Origin: Fidelibacterota bacterium
GTDB taxonomy: Bacteria; Fidelibacterota; Fidelibacteria; Fidelibacterales; Fidelibacteraceae
Assembly: GCA_034723415.1 (NCBI GenBank)
Contig: JAYEOX010000115.1
Coordinates: forward strand, 1-38,336
Reading direction: 5' to 3'
DNA: 38,336 bases
Part shown: piece after piece, positions 1 to 10,414 of the stretch
Layout of the letters: every line of letters begins with the position of its first letter
Numbering within the stretch: position 1 is the stretch's first letter
Program-made: the position numbers and the translations under genes
The notes under the pieces: model-generated
What the model was told of the DNA's origin: nothing
The model's database searches: none
Seen by the model: only the letters and a program-made list of their open reading frames with translations

Positions 1-31
1 TTATACATTTTTAATAATTATAAAGTAATTT

Positions 32-394
32 TTAATTACTCATTATTCCCTCTTTCATATTTTCCAATTTGATCAGCTGCATTTTGTAGACTTCTATCAA
101 CACCTCATATTTTTTCTCATTTTCCATTTTTTCAATTTCAAATAATATTTTTTCTATATTCTCTCGTTTTTCCAACATTTTTGTATATTTATAAAATTGT
201 CCTTTAGAAAAAAATGGTTCAATAAAAGGTCCAAAAAAATTAAGAAATTGCGCTCCAATAAAATTTAGCGGTTTTGTAATATCTAAAAATAATATTGAAG
301 GAACGGATAAATGTCTATCAACGATTTTTTTTGCTATTAATTTTATTAGTTCTTCTTCATTGTAATTTTTATGTTTTTGAATTTGTTTTTTCAT
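32..394 (-). CDS. Conserved hypothetical protein
   Basis: 120 aa ORF whose start overlaps the upstream stop (ATGA); protein-like core 'PSILFLDITKPLNFIGAQFLNFFGPF'; no function recognised. Confidence 0.7.
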   Translation of the reverse strand: MKKQIQKHKNYNEEELIKLIAKKIVDRHLSVPSILFLDITKPLNFIGAQFLNFFGPFIEPFFSKGQFYKYTKMLEKRENIEKILFEIEKMENEKKYEVLIEVYKMQLIKLENMKEGIMSN

Positions 395-825
395 TTTTCT
401 ATTTTTCTTTTTACTATTTCAATTATTTGATCGCGATTATTATCAAATATCAAATTCAAAGCTCTATAATTATCTAATCGAGATGCACTTAATGATGTAT
501 ATAATTTTAACATTTTTTTATCATAATCAAATCTTCTGAAATATTCCCATTTATGTTCTTTTGTAAAAGGTCCGTTTTGTACAATTACTTTTTGATCTGT
601 TAAAATAAATTTTGTTGGAAAATAATAAGGTAATAGCACAAAAATAAAAAAAACTATTAAAATAATGAAAAAAAATAGAATGTTATTCATTAACATACAT
701 GAATAAATTGAAACTATTAGAATAAAAATTCCTGCAACTGTTCCCTTCAATGGGTTTTCCTTTAATGGATAAATTCGCCATTGAAGTAATGTATGATTAT
801 TATAATTTATTTTCTCATTTTCCAT
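391..825 (-). CDS. Hypothetical membrane protein (2 TM helices plus a bacterial PH-like C-terminal domain)
   Basis: The track ORF 391..1083 overlaps glgC antisense, so the start was reset to the ATG at 825 (MENEK...); two hydrophobic helices followed by 'PTKFILTDQKV...HKWEYFRR'. Confidence 0.65.
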   Translation of the reverse strand: MENEKINYNNHTLLQWRIYPLKENPLKGTVAGIFILIVSIYSCMLMNNILFFFIILIVFFIFVLLPYYFPTKFILTDQKVIVQNGPFTKEHKWEYFRRFDYDKKMLKLYTSLSASRLDNYRALNLIFDNNRDQIIEIVKRKIEK

Positions 826-952
826 TGTAATAATGTAAAAAATAATATTTGCAAAAGAAATAAAAAAATTCATAATTTTAATAATATTTTTATTGGAAAT
901 AACTAATACTTTTATTAACATATTATAAAGGAAAAAAATAGGAAGAAAGTTT

Positions 953-2188
953 ATGAGAAATGTAATGACACTTATTCTTGGAGGGGGGCAAGGGACACGA
1001 TTAGCTCCTCTAACGACTGTAAGAGCGAAACCTGCAGTGCCAATTGGGGGAAAATATCGACTTATTGATATTCCAATTAGCAATTGTCTGAATTCAGATA
1101 TTAGAAAGATTTATATTTTAACTCAATTTAATAGTGAGTCATTACATAGACACATTAGTCAAACATATAGATTGGATTATTTTACTAATGGCTTTATAGA
1201 AGTTCTCGCTGCTTCTCAAACTTTGGATAATTTAGGATGGTATCAGGGAACTGCCGATGCTGTAAGGCATAATATTCATCATTTTGAAGCGTATAATTTT
1301 GATCAATATTTGATTCTTGCCGGTGATCATCTATATAGAATGAATTATAAAAATTTTGTTCAACAACACAGAGATAAAAAATCAGATCTCACCGTTTCTG
1401 TAAAACCTGTAACTCGAGAAGAAGCGAAATCATTTGGTATTTTAAAAGTAAATAATGATGGAAGAATAATTGATTTTGCAGAAAAACCTAAAAAGGATGA
1501 ATTATTAGATAAAATGAAAAGTGATACCGGTATTTCAGAAAAACCATTTTGGGGATCAATGGGAATATATGTGTTTGATAAAGATATATTGGCTTTGCAA
1601 TTAAAAAATATAAAAGAAGATGATTTTGGTGGTAACATTATTCCGGGTTCTATAAAAGATTACAAAGTAGATGCTTATTTCTTTGATGGGTATTGGGAAG
1701 ATATTGGTACTATAGGTACATTTTATCAGGCGAATTTAGCTTTAACAGATATGCAACCACCTTTTAAATTTAATGATCATTCATTTCCTATTTATACACA
1801 TGCCAGAATGTTGCAGGGATCTCGCATTGGCGATACAAAAATATTTCATTCTATTATAAATGACGGCTGTTTTATTGGTGCGGAATCTATTAAAAATTCA
1901 ATTATTGGTATTAGAAGTGTTATCGGTGATAACACGATAGTTAATAATAGCATTATTATGGGAAATGATTTTTTTAGTGATAAAAAATGTAATGAAATAT
2001 ATTTAGGAATTGGGAGAAATTGTCAGATCCAAAAAGCTATTATTGATAAAAATGTTTGTATTGGTGATAATGTAAAAATTATTAATAAAGATAATAAAGA
2101 ATTTGAAGAAACAGAAAATTATTGTATAAAAGATGGAATCGTAGTTATTAAAAAAGAAGCAATAATCCCGAATAACACAGTAATATAA
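953..2188 (+). CDS. glgC: Glucose-1-phosphate adenylyltransferase (ADP-glucose pyrophosphorylase)
   Basis: GGGQGTRLAPLT, RAKPAVPIGGKYRLID, WYQGTADAV, FAEKP, YWEDIGT motifs and C-terminal beta-helix repeats. Confidence 0.97.
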   Translation: MRNVMTLILGGGQGTRLAPLTTVRAKPAVPIGGKYRLIDIPISNCLNSDIRKIYILTQFNSESLHRHISQTYRLDYFTNGFIEVLAASQTLDNLGWYQGTADAVRHNIHHFEAYNFDQYLILAGDHLYRMNYKNFVQQHRDKKSDLTVSVKPVTREEAKSFGILKVNNDGRIIDFAEKPKKDELLDKMKSDTGISEKPFWGSMGIYVFDKDILALQLKNIKEDDFGGNIIPGSIKDYKVDAYFFDGYWEDIGTIGTFYQANLALTDMQPPFKFNDHSFPIYTHARMLQGSRIGDTKIFHSIINDGCFIGAESIKNSIIGIRSVIGDNTIVNNSIIMGNDFFSDKKCNEIYLGIGRNCQIQKAIIDKNVCIGDNVKIINKDNKEFEETENYCIKDGIVVIKKEAIIPNNTVI

Positions 2189-2201
2189 ATTTGGAGGAAG
2201 A

Positions 2202-3581
2202 GTGAAAGAAGACCAAAAGACAATTAATAGAAAAATTTCATCATTTGCTGTTAATCTAAAATATGATGATTTACCAAGAAAAGTTATTGAACAGGCAAAA
2301 AGATTTTTATTTGATTCTATAGGATGTGCTTATGGGAGTATGAATACAAAAGATGTAAATATTATAAAAGACATTTATACAGAAATTGGTGGTAAAGAAG
2401 AAGCAACAATTATTGGATTTGGCAACAAAATTCCGGCTGTAAATGCTTCATTTTTAAATTCTTTAATGATCAGATCGTTGGATTTTAATGATATTTATTG
2501 GAAAGAAGATCCTTCACATCCATCTGATATAATTCCTGCTGCCTTATCATTAGGTGAAAAAGTAAATGCTTCAATGAAAGATGTGATTGTTGCTATTGTT
2601 TTAGGATATGAATTTGAACAACGATTATGTGAATTTGCAAAACCGGGATTAAGAGAAAGAAAATGGCATCACGCTACAATAACTCAATTCGTTTCACCTA
2701 TAGTTGCAGGAAAAATTCTAAATTTAAATATTGATCAAATGGTAAATGCAATTGGTATTAGTGGGAGTCATAATCATACAATTGGTTGTCCTACTGCTGG
2801 AAAATTAACAATGATGAAAAATACAGTTGACCCAATGGCGGTTCAATCCGGAGTATTTGCTGCTTTAATGGCAGAAAAAGGTTATACGGGCACAGAAGCG
2901 ATATTTGAAGGAAAGGAAGGGCTGATGGATGTATATGGCCCCGATTGGGATTTAAATGCTCTGTTTTCTGATTTAGGAAAAAAATTTAAAATAATGGAAT
3001 GTTCGATGAAAGCATTTCCTACCGAAGCATTAACCCATACACATATTAGTGCAACGATAGAATTAGTAAAAGAAAACTCAATTGATTATAATGATGTTGA
3101 TGAAATTACAATTACTACGATAGCACGAGCTGCTGATATTTTATTTGATCCTGAAAAATATAAACCGGATTCACGAGAGACAGCAGATCATAGTTTACCT
3201 TATTGTATTGCATGTGCAGTTATCGACAAGAAAATAACAAAAGAATCATTTACTGACGCTAATATTAAACGAAAAGAAATAAAAAAAGTAATAAATAAAA
3301 TCAAAGGTGAAGCATCTGAGGATTTTGAAAAAATATTTCCTGAAAAACAACCATCTCGTGTAAAAATAATAATGAAAAATGGAAAAATTTTTGAAAAATA
3401 TTTAGAATATCCGAAGGGAGATCCTCGTGAACCAATGAATTTAGAAGATTTGAGAATAAAATTCAATTCATTGATAGATAGTAATATTGAAATTAATAGA
3501 TTAAAAGAGATTGAAAATACGGTTTTTAGCTGTGAAAAATATAATTATGTTAATAATTTTATGAGAAAATTAGTTATTTAA
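2202..3581 (+). CDS. MmgE/PrpD family protein (2-methylcitrate dehydratase-like)
   Basis: LDFND, HPSD, WHH, ADHSLPY and PKGDP motifs; GTG start with GGAGG RBS. Confidence 0.9.
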   Translation: MKEDQKTINRKISSFAVNLKYDDLPRKVIEQAKRFLFDSIGCAYGSMNTKDVNIIKDIYTEIGGKEEATIIGFGNKIPAVNASFLNSLMIRSLDFNDIYWKEDPSHPSDIIPAALSLGEKVNASMKDVIVAIVLGYEFEQRLCEFAKPGLRERKWHHATITQFVSPIVAGKILNLNIDQMVNAIGISGSHNHTIGCPTAGKLTMMKNTVDPMAVQSGVFAALMAEKGYTGTEAIFEGKEGLMDVYGPDWDLNALFSDLGKKFKIMECSMKAFPTEALTHTHISATIELVKENSIDYNDVDEITITTIARAADILFDPEKYKPDSRETADHSLPYCIACAVIDKKITKESFTDANIKRKEIKKVINKIKGEASEDFEKIFPEKQPSRVKIIMKNGKIFEKYLEYPKGDPREPMNLEDLRIKFNSLIDSNIEINRLKEIENTVFSCEKYNYVNNFMRKLVI

Positions 3582-3599
3582 AAAAAAATAAAAAAAAAC

Positions 3600-3628
3600 T
3601 TGCATATTAATAATTAAATGATTAACAT
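3600..3628 (+). promoter_or_regulatory. Putative sigma70 promoter of the beta-barrel gene
   Basis: TTGCAT-17 bp-TAACAT upstream of the AGGAGG RBS. Confidence 0.35.
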
Positions 3629-3684
3629 AATACGACATTGAAATAAAGGTAATTTTAAATCGAAAATAATTAGGAGGAATAGGC

Positions 3685-4464
3685 ATGAAGAATTTTTTGA
3701 AACTTTTGTTTGTTTTATCATTGGTGTTTTCTTTTTCGTTTTTGTTTGCGCAAGAAGAAACAAGTAGTGATGAAGAATTTCAACAACTTTTAGAAGAAGA
3801 AAATGTTGACACTGAAGAGGTAGAAGCTGTTGAAGAAGAGAGTAGTTTTCTTGACGAGGTTTCTGGTATTGAGGAAGAGGAAGAAACTGTAGAAGAAACT
3901 ACTGAAGTAGATACTTGGGGTATTAAAGCTTATGTAAATGTTGGACCAGTTGAACCTTGGGGTGATCCCGGAACCGGTCAATTATTTGATATGGGTTTTC
4001 ATTTCGGTGGTGGTGCTATTGTTAAACTTGCTAATTTTATTGATTTGCCGGCAGTATTAAATCCGTTAAATGTAGAAGGTTTAGTAAGCTATACAAGCTT
4101 TGCACAAAAAGATGACGGTGATGGAACAGCTAGTGTTATTGGTGTTGGAATAACACCTCGTTATGATGCAACTGATTTGATTTATGATGCACTTGATGTT
4201 GAACCTGTCGTTGGTGTTTTTGGATTATTAGGATTACGGTACAACTATCATTCTTGGGATAGTTATACAGGATTAGATTCAGAAAACGCATCATCTTTCG
4301 GTCTTGATATTGGAGCAGGAGTTAAATATAATATTAATGAATCTGTTGGATTGGATCTAAGATTTACACAAGGTCTATATATTATGTCAGATGTTGGAGA
4401 TTATGGCGACTATTCTCATGGAGAAAATGGGTTTCTTTTAGGTGTTACTTTTAAAATACAATAA
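3685..4464 (+). CDS. Outer-membrane beta-barrel protein (OmpA-like TM domain) with acidic N-terminal extension
   Basis: Signal peptide ending FLFA/Q, Glu/Asp-rich stretch, amphipathic strands 'FGLDIGAGVKYNINESVGLDLRF', terminal 'GVTFKIQ'; strong RBS. Confidence 0.75.
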   Translation: MKNFLKLLFVLSLVFSFSFLFAQEETSSDEEFQQLLEEENVDTEEVEAVEEESSFLDEVSGIEEEEETVEETTEVDTWGIKAYVNVGPVEPWGDPGTGQLFDMGFHFGGGAIVKLANFIDLPAVLNPLNVEGLVSYTSFAQKDDGDGTASVIGVGITPRYDATDLIYDALDVEPVVGVFGLLGLRYNYHSWDSYTGLDSENASSFGLDIGAGVKYNINESVGLDLRFTQGLYIMSDVGDYGDYSHGENGFLLGVTFKIQ

Positions 4465-4483
4465 TTATTAAATCTGAATAAAT

Positions 4484-4520
4484 TAAAAAAAGCTCTCAAT
4501 TTATTTGAGAGCTTTTTTTA
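4484..4520. terminator. Bidirectional rho-independent terminator
   Basis: taaaaaaagctctcaa-tttat-ttgagagcttttttta hairpin between convergent genes. Confidence 0.9.
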
Positions 4521-4538
4521 TTACTTATGTTTTATTTT

Positions 4539-5456
4539 TTATATAGGTAATATTTTTTTAATTTTATCGTTTTTCAAAAAGGTATTTGCTAATTTATTTC
4601 CAATAGATTGGCTATTATTTTTAAATGTTTTTGTAATATTATCTTTGATAAAGATATCGCCTTCATTATTAGATAAAAACGCAGTTAAAGAAAGATCTTT
4701 GTCATTCATCTCTGCATAAGCGCCAACGGGATAATTATTATTAATATTTAATTTTGAGATGAATGCTCTTTCTGCGGTAACTGTATTATATGTTTCTTTG
4801 TCTAATATTGGTTGAAGTAATTCAATTATATCAAATCTATGACCTGAAGTTATTAATGCTGTGGCGCCTTGCCCTGCGGTCGGGATAAATTTATCTTTCT
4901 CCAAATCTACGGCAGTCGCTTTTGAAACATTTAGTCGTTTAATTATTATTTTGTCAAGAATAATTCCATTAAGTTTAAAATTTTTTAATTTGTAAATGCG
5001 GGATTTTACGTCACCATTTAAAATAACTAATCTTGTATTTGGATAATATTTTTTCATTAATGTAAAATTTCGTAAATTGCTAACTCCAACAACAAACTTT
5101 GGCAAGTCATCATCTATTTTAAGATCATTAAATGTTACAAATACATCTTCAGAATAGTCCCTTTTTATGTAGCCGGCAATAATCAACCCCGGGTCAATTG
5201 TATATGATAAATGTTTGGCATTGTGTACTGCTAACTGAATATCATTGTTCAATAATTGTTCCTCTATCTCTAAACTATAAGGTATATCTACAATTTCGTC
5301 ATTGAGCTGAAAATCATTATTACTTTGATCATCTGTTCTAATAATTTTAATACGAATATTTAGTTGAGGATATTGTGATTTTAACAATTCTTTAATATGA
5401 TTTGTTTGCCAAATAGCTAATTTGTCTTCATTTGTTGCAATTGTAATGTTTTTCAT
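4539..5456 (-). CDS. hemC: Hydroxymethylbilane synthase (HemC)-like protein, catalytic residues degenerate
   Basis: Colinear with HemC (LAIWQ, AVH, LR, KRL, GQGA, AERAF, PVGAYAE) but lacks the catalytic Asp and cofactor-binding Cys. Confidence 0.8.
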   Translation of the reverse strand: MKNITIATNEDKLAIWQTNHIKELLKSQYPQLNIRIKIIRTDDQSNNDFQLNDEIVDIPYSLEIEEQLLNNDIQLAVHNAKHLSYTIDPGLIIAGYIKRDYSEDVFVTFNDLKIDDDLPKFVVGVSNLRNFTLMKKYYPNTRLVILNGDVKSRIYKLKNFKLNGIILDKIIIKRLNVSKATAVDLEKDKFIPTAGQGATALITSGHRFDIIELLQPILDKETYNTVTAERAFISKLNINNNYPVGAYAEMNDKDLSLTAFLSNNEGDIFIKDNITKTFKNNSQSIGNKLANTFLKNDKIKKILPI

Positions 5457-5580
5457 TTTTACTCCTGATCATTACACTATTATGTATAATGAAATCCCAA
5501 AATTATATTATACTATTATAACCATATTTTAATATAATATAAATAATTGTAAAAATCTACTAAAATATTACTATAATTAA

Positions 5581-5611
5581 TAAAAAGGAAGTATTTTCTA
5601 CTTCCTTTTTA
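5581..5611 (-). terminator. Rho-independent terminator downstream of dnaK
   Basis: taaaaaggaagta-ttttc-tacttccttttta hairpin ending about 20 bp after the dnaK stop. Confidence 0.8.
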
Positions 5612-5631
5612 TATCAATATGATTGAAAATG

Positions 5632-7554
5632 TTATTTTTTCTTATCTTCGTCAACTACTTCATAGTCAGCATCTTCCACATTATCTTTCGATTTTGTATC
5701 TGCTGATTCGGATTTTGACTGTGATTGTTGATCTGTTTGATTTGTTTTATCTGTTTTTGTATTTTGATACATCTTTTCTGAGATTTTTGAAAAAGCTTGA
5801 GTAACTGCTTCTATTTTTGATTTTATCTCATTTGCGTCTTTACTATCTTTAACTTTTTCTAATTCCTCTAATGCGTCTTCAATAGGTTTTTTGTCTTCAT
5901 CAGAAATTTTATCTTTGAGTTCGTCAAGTTGTTTCTTTGTAGAAAATATTGTTTGTTCGGCTTGATTATGAGCATCGATTGTTTCTTTCCATTTTTTGTC
6001 TTCTTTTTCGTGTTCTTCAGCGTCTTTTTTCATATTTTCTATCTCGCTTTCCTTTAGTCCACTTGACGATTCAATTGTAATATGTTGTTCTTTGTTGGTA
6101 GCTTTATCTTTTGCGGAAACATTTAAAATTCCATTTGCATCAATATCAAATGAAACTTCTATTTGTGGTACTCCTCTTGGAGAAGGTGGAATTCCATCCA
6201 ATGTAAATCTTCCAAGTGTTCTATTACTGGTAGCTTGCGATCTTTCTCCTTGCAGAACATGTATTTCAACGGCAGGTTGATTGTCAGCAGCAGTACTGAA
6301 TATTTCTGTTTTCTTAGCCGGTATAGTTGTGTTTTTATCTAACAATTTTGTAGATACTCCACCTAGTGTTTCTATTCCCAATGATAATGGTATCACATCC
6401 AATAATAATACATCTTTTACATCACCTTGTAATACACCACCTTGAATTGCAGCTCCTAAAGCAACAACTTCATCCGGATTAACTGTTTTATTAGATTCTT
6501 TACCGAATATTTCTTTAACTAATTTTTGTACAGCAGGTATTCTTGTTGAACCTCCAACTAAAATAATTTCATCAATATTACCTTTTGAAACACCCGCATC
6601 TTTCATAGCATCTATACAAGGTTGTTTTGTTTTTTCCACTAAATCTTCTGTTAGTTGATCAAATTTGGCTCTGGAAATAGTAATATTTAAATGTTTTGGA
6701 CCACTGGAATCTGCTGTTAAATATGGTAAATTAATTTCTGTTTGTTTTGAGGTTGATAATTCCATTTTCGCTTTTTCTGCAGCATCTTTTAATCTCTGAA
6801 CAACCATTGGGTCTTTTGAAATATCAATGCCTTCCTGTTTTTTGTATTCTTTAATCAAATAATCAATCAATCGTTTGTCAAAATCATCTCCACCCAAATG
6901 TCCATCACCATTTGTAGATTTTACTTCAAATACACCTTCACCGATTTCAAGTATTGATATATCAAAAGTTCCACCTCCAAGATCGAAAACCGCTATTGTT
7001 TCATCTTTTTTCTTGTCTAAACCATAAGCTAAAGAAGCAGCTGTGGGTTCATTTATTATCCTTTTTACTTTCAAACCGGCAATCTTTCCCGCATCTTTTG
7101 TTGCCTGTCTTTGAGAATCATTGAAATATGCCGGGACTGTGATAACAGCTTCATCAACTTTTTCACCTAAATATTCTTCAGCTATTTGTTTTGCCTTTTG
7201 TAGGATCATTGCACTGATCTCCGGCGGTGAGTATTTTTTGTTATTTACATTAACGCGTACATCTCCATTTGAGCCCTTTTCAACTTTAAAAGGTACTTCG
7301 TGTATTTCTTGATCAACCTCTTTATGCATACGTCCCATAAATCTTTTAATACTGGATATAGTATTATTTGGATTTGTAATTGCCTGTCTTTTTGCACCTG
7401 TCCCAACTAATCTTTCACCTTCTTTTTTAAATGCAATAATTGACGGAGTAGTTCTTCCACCCTCCGAATTTAATAATATTTTTGGTTCCTTACCTTCTAT
7501 TATTGCTACACAAGAGTTGGTAGTACCTAAATCAATTCCTATTATTTTTCCCAT
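5632..7554 (-). CDS. dnaK: Molecular chaperone DnaK (Hsp70)
   Basis: [44 protein letters not shown] motifs; start reset to the ATG at 7554 (MGKIIG) behind a GGAGG RBS. Confidence 0.99.
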   Translation of the reverse strand: MGKIIGIDLGTTNSCVAIIEGKEPKILLNSEGGRTTPSIIAFKKEGERLVGTGAKRQAITNPNNTISSIKRFMGRMHKEVDQEIHEVPFKVEKGSNGDVRVNVNNKKYSPPEISAMILQKAKQIAEEYLGEKVDEAVITVPAYFNDSQRQATKDAGKIAGLKVKRIINEPTAASLAYGLDKKKDETIAVFDLGGGTFDISILEIGEGVFEVKSTNGDGHLGGDDFDKRLIDYLIKEYKKQEGIDISKDPMVVQRLKDAAEKAKMELSTSKQTEINLPYLTADSSGPKHLNITISRAKFDQLTEDLVEKTKQPCIDAMKDAGVSKGNIDEIILVGGSTRIPAVQKLVKEIFGKESNKTVNPDEVVALGAAIQGGVLQGDVKDVLLLDVIPLSLGIETLGGVSTKLLDKNTTIPAKKTEIFSTAADNQPAVEIHVLQGERSQATSNRTLGRFTLDGIPPSPRGVPQIEVSFDIDANGILNVSAKDKATNKEQHITIESSSGLKESEIENMKKDAEEHEKEDKKWKETIDAHNQAEQTIFSTKKQLDELKDKISDEDKKPIEDALEELEKVKDSKDANEIKSKIEAVTQAFSKISEKMYQNTKTDKTNQTDQQSQSKSESADTKSKDNVEDADYEVVDEDKKK

Positions 7555-7600
7555 TTTTTCCTCCATTTTATTTTCAATTTTCATTTTCATTGAAGTATAG

Positions 7601-7617
7601 TGCAAATATTATGCCAA
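7601..7617 (-). promoter_or_regulatory. Putative sigma54 (-24/-12) promoter of dnaK
   Basis: Minus strand TTGGCATAATATTTGCA = GG-N10-GC with conserved flanks. Confidence 0.55.
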
Positions 7618-7823
7618 CATGTCAATTGCCATTATTGTAATAGATAGTGCCATAATGACAATTTTATCATCTAATGTTACTTAATATAAAAGTGTTAGGA
7701 AAAAAAGTAAGTAATGATATTTATGAATACAAATAAATATTTAATGAAAAATAACTTCATTAAATTTAATTCAAGAAATAAATATATTTATGGATTGACT
7801 ATTTAGCAGATTTGTTATTTTTC

Positions 7824-9122
7824 TTATAAGAACAGATATTTCAAAATAAATAAAACAGCTATTATGTAAGAGAGTATTGAGACCTTTTTACCTTTTCCTG
7901 CTAATAATTTTAGAATTACGAAAGCAATCATTCCGAATGCAATTCCTTCGGCAATGCTATATGCTAGAGGCATAATAATAATTGTTAAAAATGCCGGAAT
8001 AGCTTCTGTGTAATCCGTAAGATCGATTTTTTTGATTGGACTCATCATAAAAAGTCCGACTAATATCAAAGCCGGTGCCGTTGCAGCACTTGGAACCATT
8101 GTGAATAATGGTGCCATTAGTAATGCTATTGCAAATACAACGGCTGTGGAAAAAGCTGTCAATCCCGTTCTGCCTCCGGCTGCAACTCCAGATGCACTTT
8201 CTACATAAGTTGTAACTGTAGAAGTTCCGAGCATTGCGCCAACAGTTGTCCCTGCTGCATCGGCAAATAATGCCTTTTTAACACCCGGTAAATTTCCATT
8301 TTCATCAATAAAACCAGCTTTTGTTGAAACGCCGATCAAAGTTCCTGCAGTATCAAATAGATCAATAAATAGAAAAGTGAATAATACGATCAACATGTCG
8401 AGTGAAAAAATATTAGAAAAGTCAAATTGTAAAAATGTAGGAGCGATAGAAGGAGGGAGGCTAATAAGTTGAAAGTTTGCAGGCAAATGAGTTACACCAA
8501 GCGGAACTCCTAATAGGGTTGAGAAAATTATTCCTAAAATTAATGCACCTTTGATATTTTTTGTAAGCAGAAATCCGGTAACAATTAAACCAATAATTGA
8601 TAGAATGACAGGTTTAGTTGTAATATTTCCCAGTGTAACTAATGTTGTAGAATTTGCCGTAATAATTCCTGCATGTTGTAAACCGATAAAGGCAATAAAT
8701 AATCCGATACCAACAGAAACGGCTTTTTTCAGATTGAATGGAATGCTATTAATGATCGCTGTTCTTATATTGAAAAAAGTGAGTATGAGAAAAATTATTC
8801 CTTCAATAAAAACTGCTGTTAAAGCAAATTGCCAAGAATATCCCATCTGTTTTACAACCGTGAAAGCGAAGAATGCATTCAAACCCATTCCGGGAGCTAA
8901 TGCAAAAGGTTTATTAGCATAAAAAGCCATCACCAATGTTGCAAATATTGCAGATAATGCCGTTGCAGTAAAAACCGCACCTTTGTCCATTCCGGAAATC
9001 GCCAATATTTGTGGATTTACAATGAGAATATATCCCATCGTTGCAAATGTAGTTATGCCGGCAATAATTTCTGTTTTGACATTTGTTTGGAATTTGTCGA
9101 GTTTAAATAATTTGTTCAACAT
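7824..9122 (-). CDS. NCS2/AzgA-family purine permease
   Basis: APGMGLNAFF, DLFDTAGT, TTYVESASGVAAGGRTGL motifs; many TM helices. Confidence 0.93.
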   Translation of the reverse strand: MLNKLFKLDKFQTNVKTEIIAGITTFATMGYILIVNPQILAISGMDKGAVFTATALSAIFATLVMAFYANKPFALAPGMGLNAFFAFTVVKQMGYSWQFALTAVFIEGIIFLILTFFNIRTAIINSIPFNLKKAVSVGIGLFIAFIGLQHAGIITANSTTLVTLGNITTKPVILSIIGLIVTGFLLTKNIKGALILGIIFSTLLGVPLGVTHLPANFQLISLPPSIAPTFLQFDFSNIFSLDMLIVLFTFLFIDLFDTAGTLIGVSTKAGFIDENGNLPGVKKALFADAAGTTVGAMLGTSTVTTYVESASGVAAGGRTGLTAFSTAVVFAIALLMAPLFTMVPSAATAPALILVGLFMMSPIKKIDLTDYTEAIPAFLTIIIMPLAYSIAEGIAFGMIAFVILKLLAGKGKKVSILSYIIAVLFILKYLFL

Positions 9123-9287
9123 AATTTTTTCTCTTTTACTTTTTTAATTTTTGTAAAGGATCGGTATTTGGTTTTTTTTGTGATTTATTTTTTTTGTTCA
9201 TTATTAATATTACATTAGATTTTGGATTTTTTCAAGAAGAATATAATATAAAATATTTTTTAACTATCTTTACAAAAAGTAACATTA

Positions 9288-10040
9288 TTATACTTTTGTG
9301 AGAATTTCAGCTCCTTTATCAGTTACTAAAATTGTATGTTCAAATTGAGCACTTAATTCTCCATCAGCTGTTGTAACCGTCCATCCATCAACCGAAGATG
9401 TGTTTACTTCGTAAGAACCTAAGTTGATCATTGGTTCAATAGTAAATATCATCCCTGATTTTAATCGTATTCTGTTTTCTCTTGAATAGTGATGAAAAAC
9501 ATGCGGATCTTCGTGAAAAACTTTCCCTATTCCATGTCCGCCGTAATCTCTAACAATTGAATATCCGAATTTACTAATGTATTTTTCAATTGTCTTACCA
9601 ACTTTATATAAATATTCTCCGGATTTTACGGCATCAATTCCTCTATACATCGCTTGCTCGGTCCGTCTAACTAAACTTTCCGTTTTTTCATCAACATCTC
9701 CAATCATAAAAGTGCGGGATGTATCACCGTGGAAACCATTTAAAATTACAGTAACATCTATATTCACAATATCACCATCTTTTAAAATATCTTTTTCTGA
9801 AGGAATTCCATGACAGACAACATTATTTATTGAAGTACAGATGCTTTTTGGGAATCCGTTATAATTTAAAGGAGCAGAAGTAGCACCATGCTTTTTTGTG
9901 TATTTTTCACATAGATCATTCAGATAAAGTGTTGAAACACCTTTTTTCACAAACGGTTCAATATAATTTAATAATTGTGCAGCAAGTTTTCCGGCTTTTC
10001 TCATTTTTACAATTTCTTTAGCATTTTTTATTGTTATCAT
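9288..10040 (-). CDS. map: Type I methionine aminopeptidase
   Basis: CTSINNVVCHGIP, DIVNIDVT, HGDTSRT, GHGIG..FHEDP, TIEPMIN, SAQFEHT. Confidence 0.97.
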   Translation of the reverse strand: MITIKNAKEIVKMRKAGKLAAQLLNYIEPFVKKGVSTLYLNDLCEKYTKKHGATSAPLNYNGFPKSICTSINNVVCHGIPSEKDILKDGDIVNIDVTVILNGFHGDTSRTFMIGDVDEKTESLVRRTEQAMYRGIDAVKSGEYLYKVGKTIEKYISKFGYSIVRDYGGHGIGKVFHEDPHVFHHYSRENRIRLKSGMIFTIEPMINLGSYEVNTSSVDGWTVTTADGELSAQFEHTILVTDKGAEILTKV

Positions 10041-10414
10041 TTTGACTCCTTTATTTCAAAAATATTTCCAGTATTATCCTTGATAAATATTAAATCAGAT
10101 TTTTTTCGTTCTTTGATAATAACTTCATAATCATTTTCCATTGCTTTTTTTACAATATTTTGCCTATCATTAAAAGAAAGACAAAAATGATCAAAAGAAG
10201 GTCTCTTTATCTCATTATGAACAAACAATTCTATCATAATATAATCATTTTGCATTAAATATACTTCAACCGATTGTGAAATATTGAATATTTTCTCAGC
10301 AAGATTTGTATTCAGTTCAAAAGATCTTACTTTCTTCATTTTAAAAATATTCTCATAAAAGTTGGTTACCTCATTAACATTATTAATAGTTATTCCTAAA
10401 TGTTCAAATTTCAT
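10037..10414 (-). CDS. VOC/glyoxalase family protein
   Basis: EHLGI, IELF, DHFCL and KDNTGNIFEI metal-ligand pattern. Confidence 0.85.
   Translation of the reverse strand: MKFEHLGITINNVNEVTNFYENIFKMKKVRSFELNTNLAEKIFNISQSVEVYLMQNDYIMIELFVHNEIKRPSFDHFCLSFNDRQNIVKKAMENDYEVIIKERKKSDLIFIKDNTGNIFEIKESK

Noticed and set aside
32..110. C-terminal tail of the first ORF as a possible IS end
   Set aside because: No partner inverted repeat, target duplication or transposase in the window.
826..1083. N-terminal extension of the track ORF 391..1083
   Set aside because: Antisense to glgC and its promoter region; the ATG at 825 gives a sensible protein.
7555..7823. CIRCE element upstream of dnaK
   Set aside because: No TTAGCACTC-N9-GAGTGCTAA match on either strand.
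9123..9287. Purine riboswitch upstream of the NCS2 permease
   Set aside because: The leader is almost pure A/T, with no aptamer core motifs and no stems.
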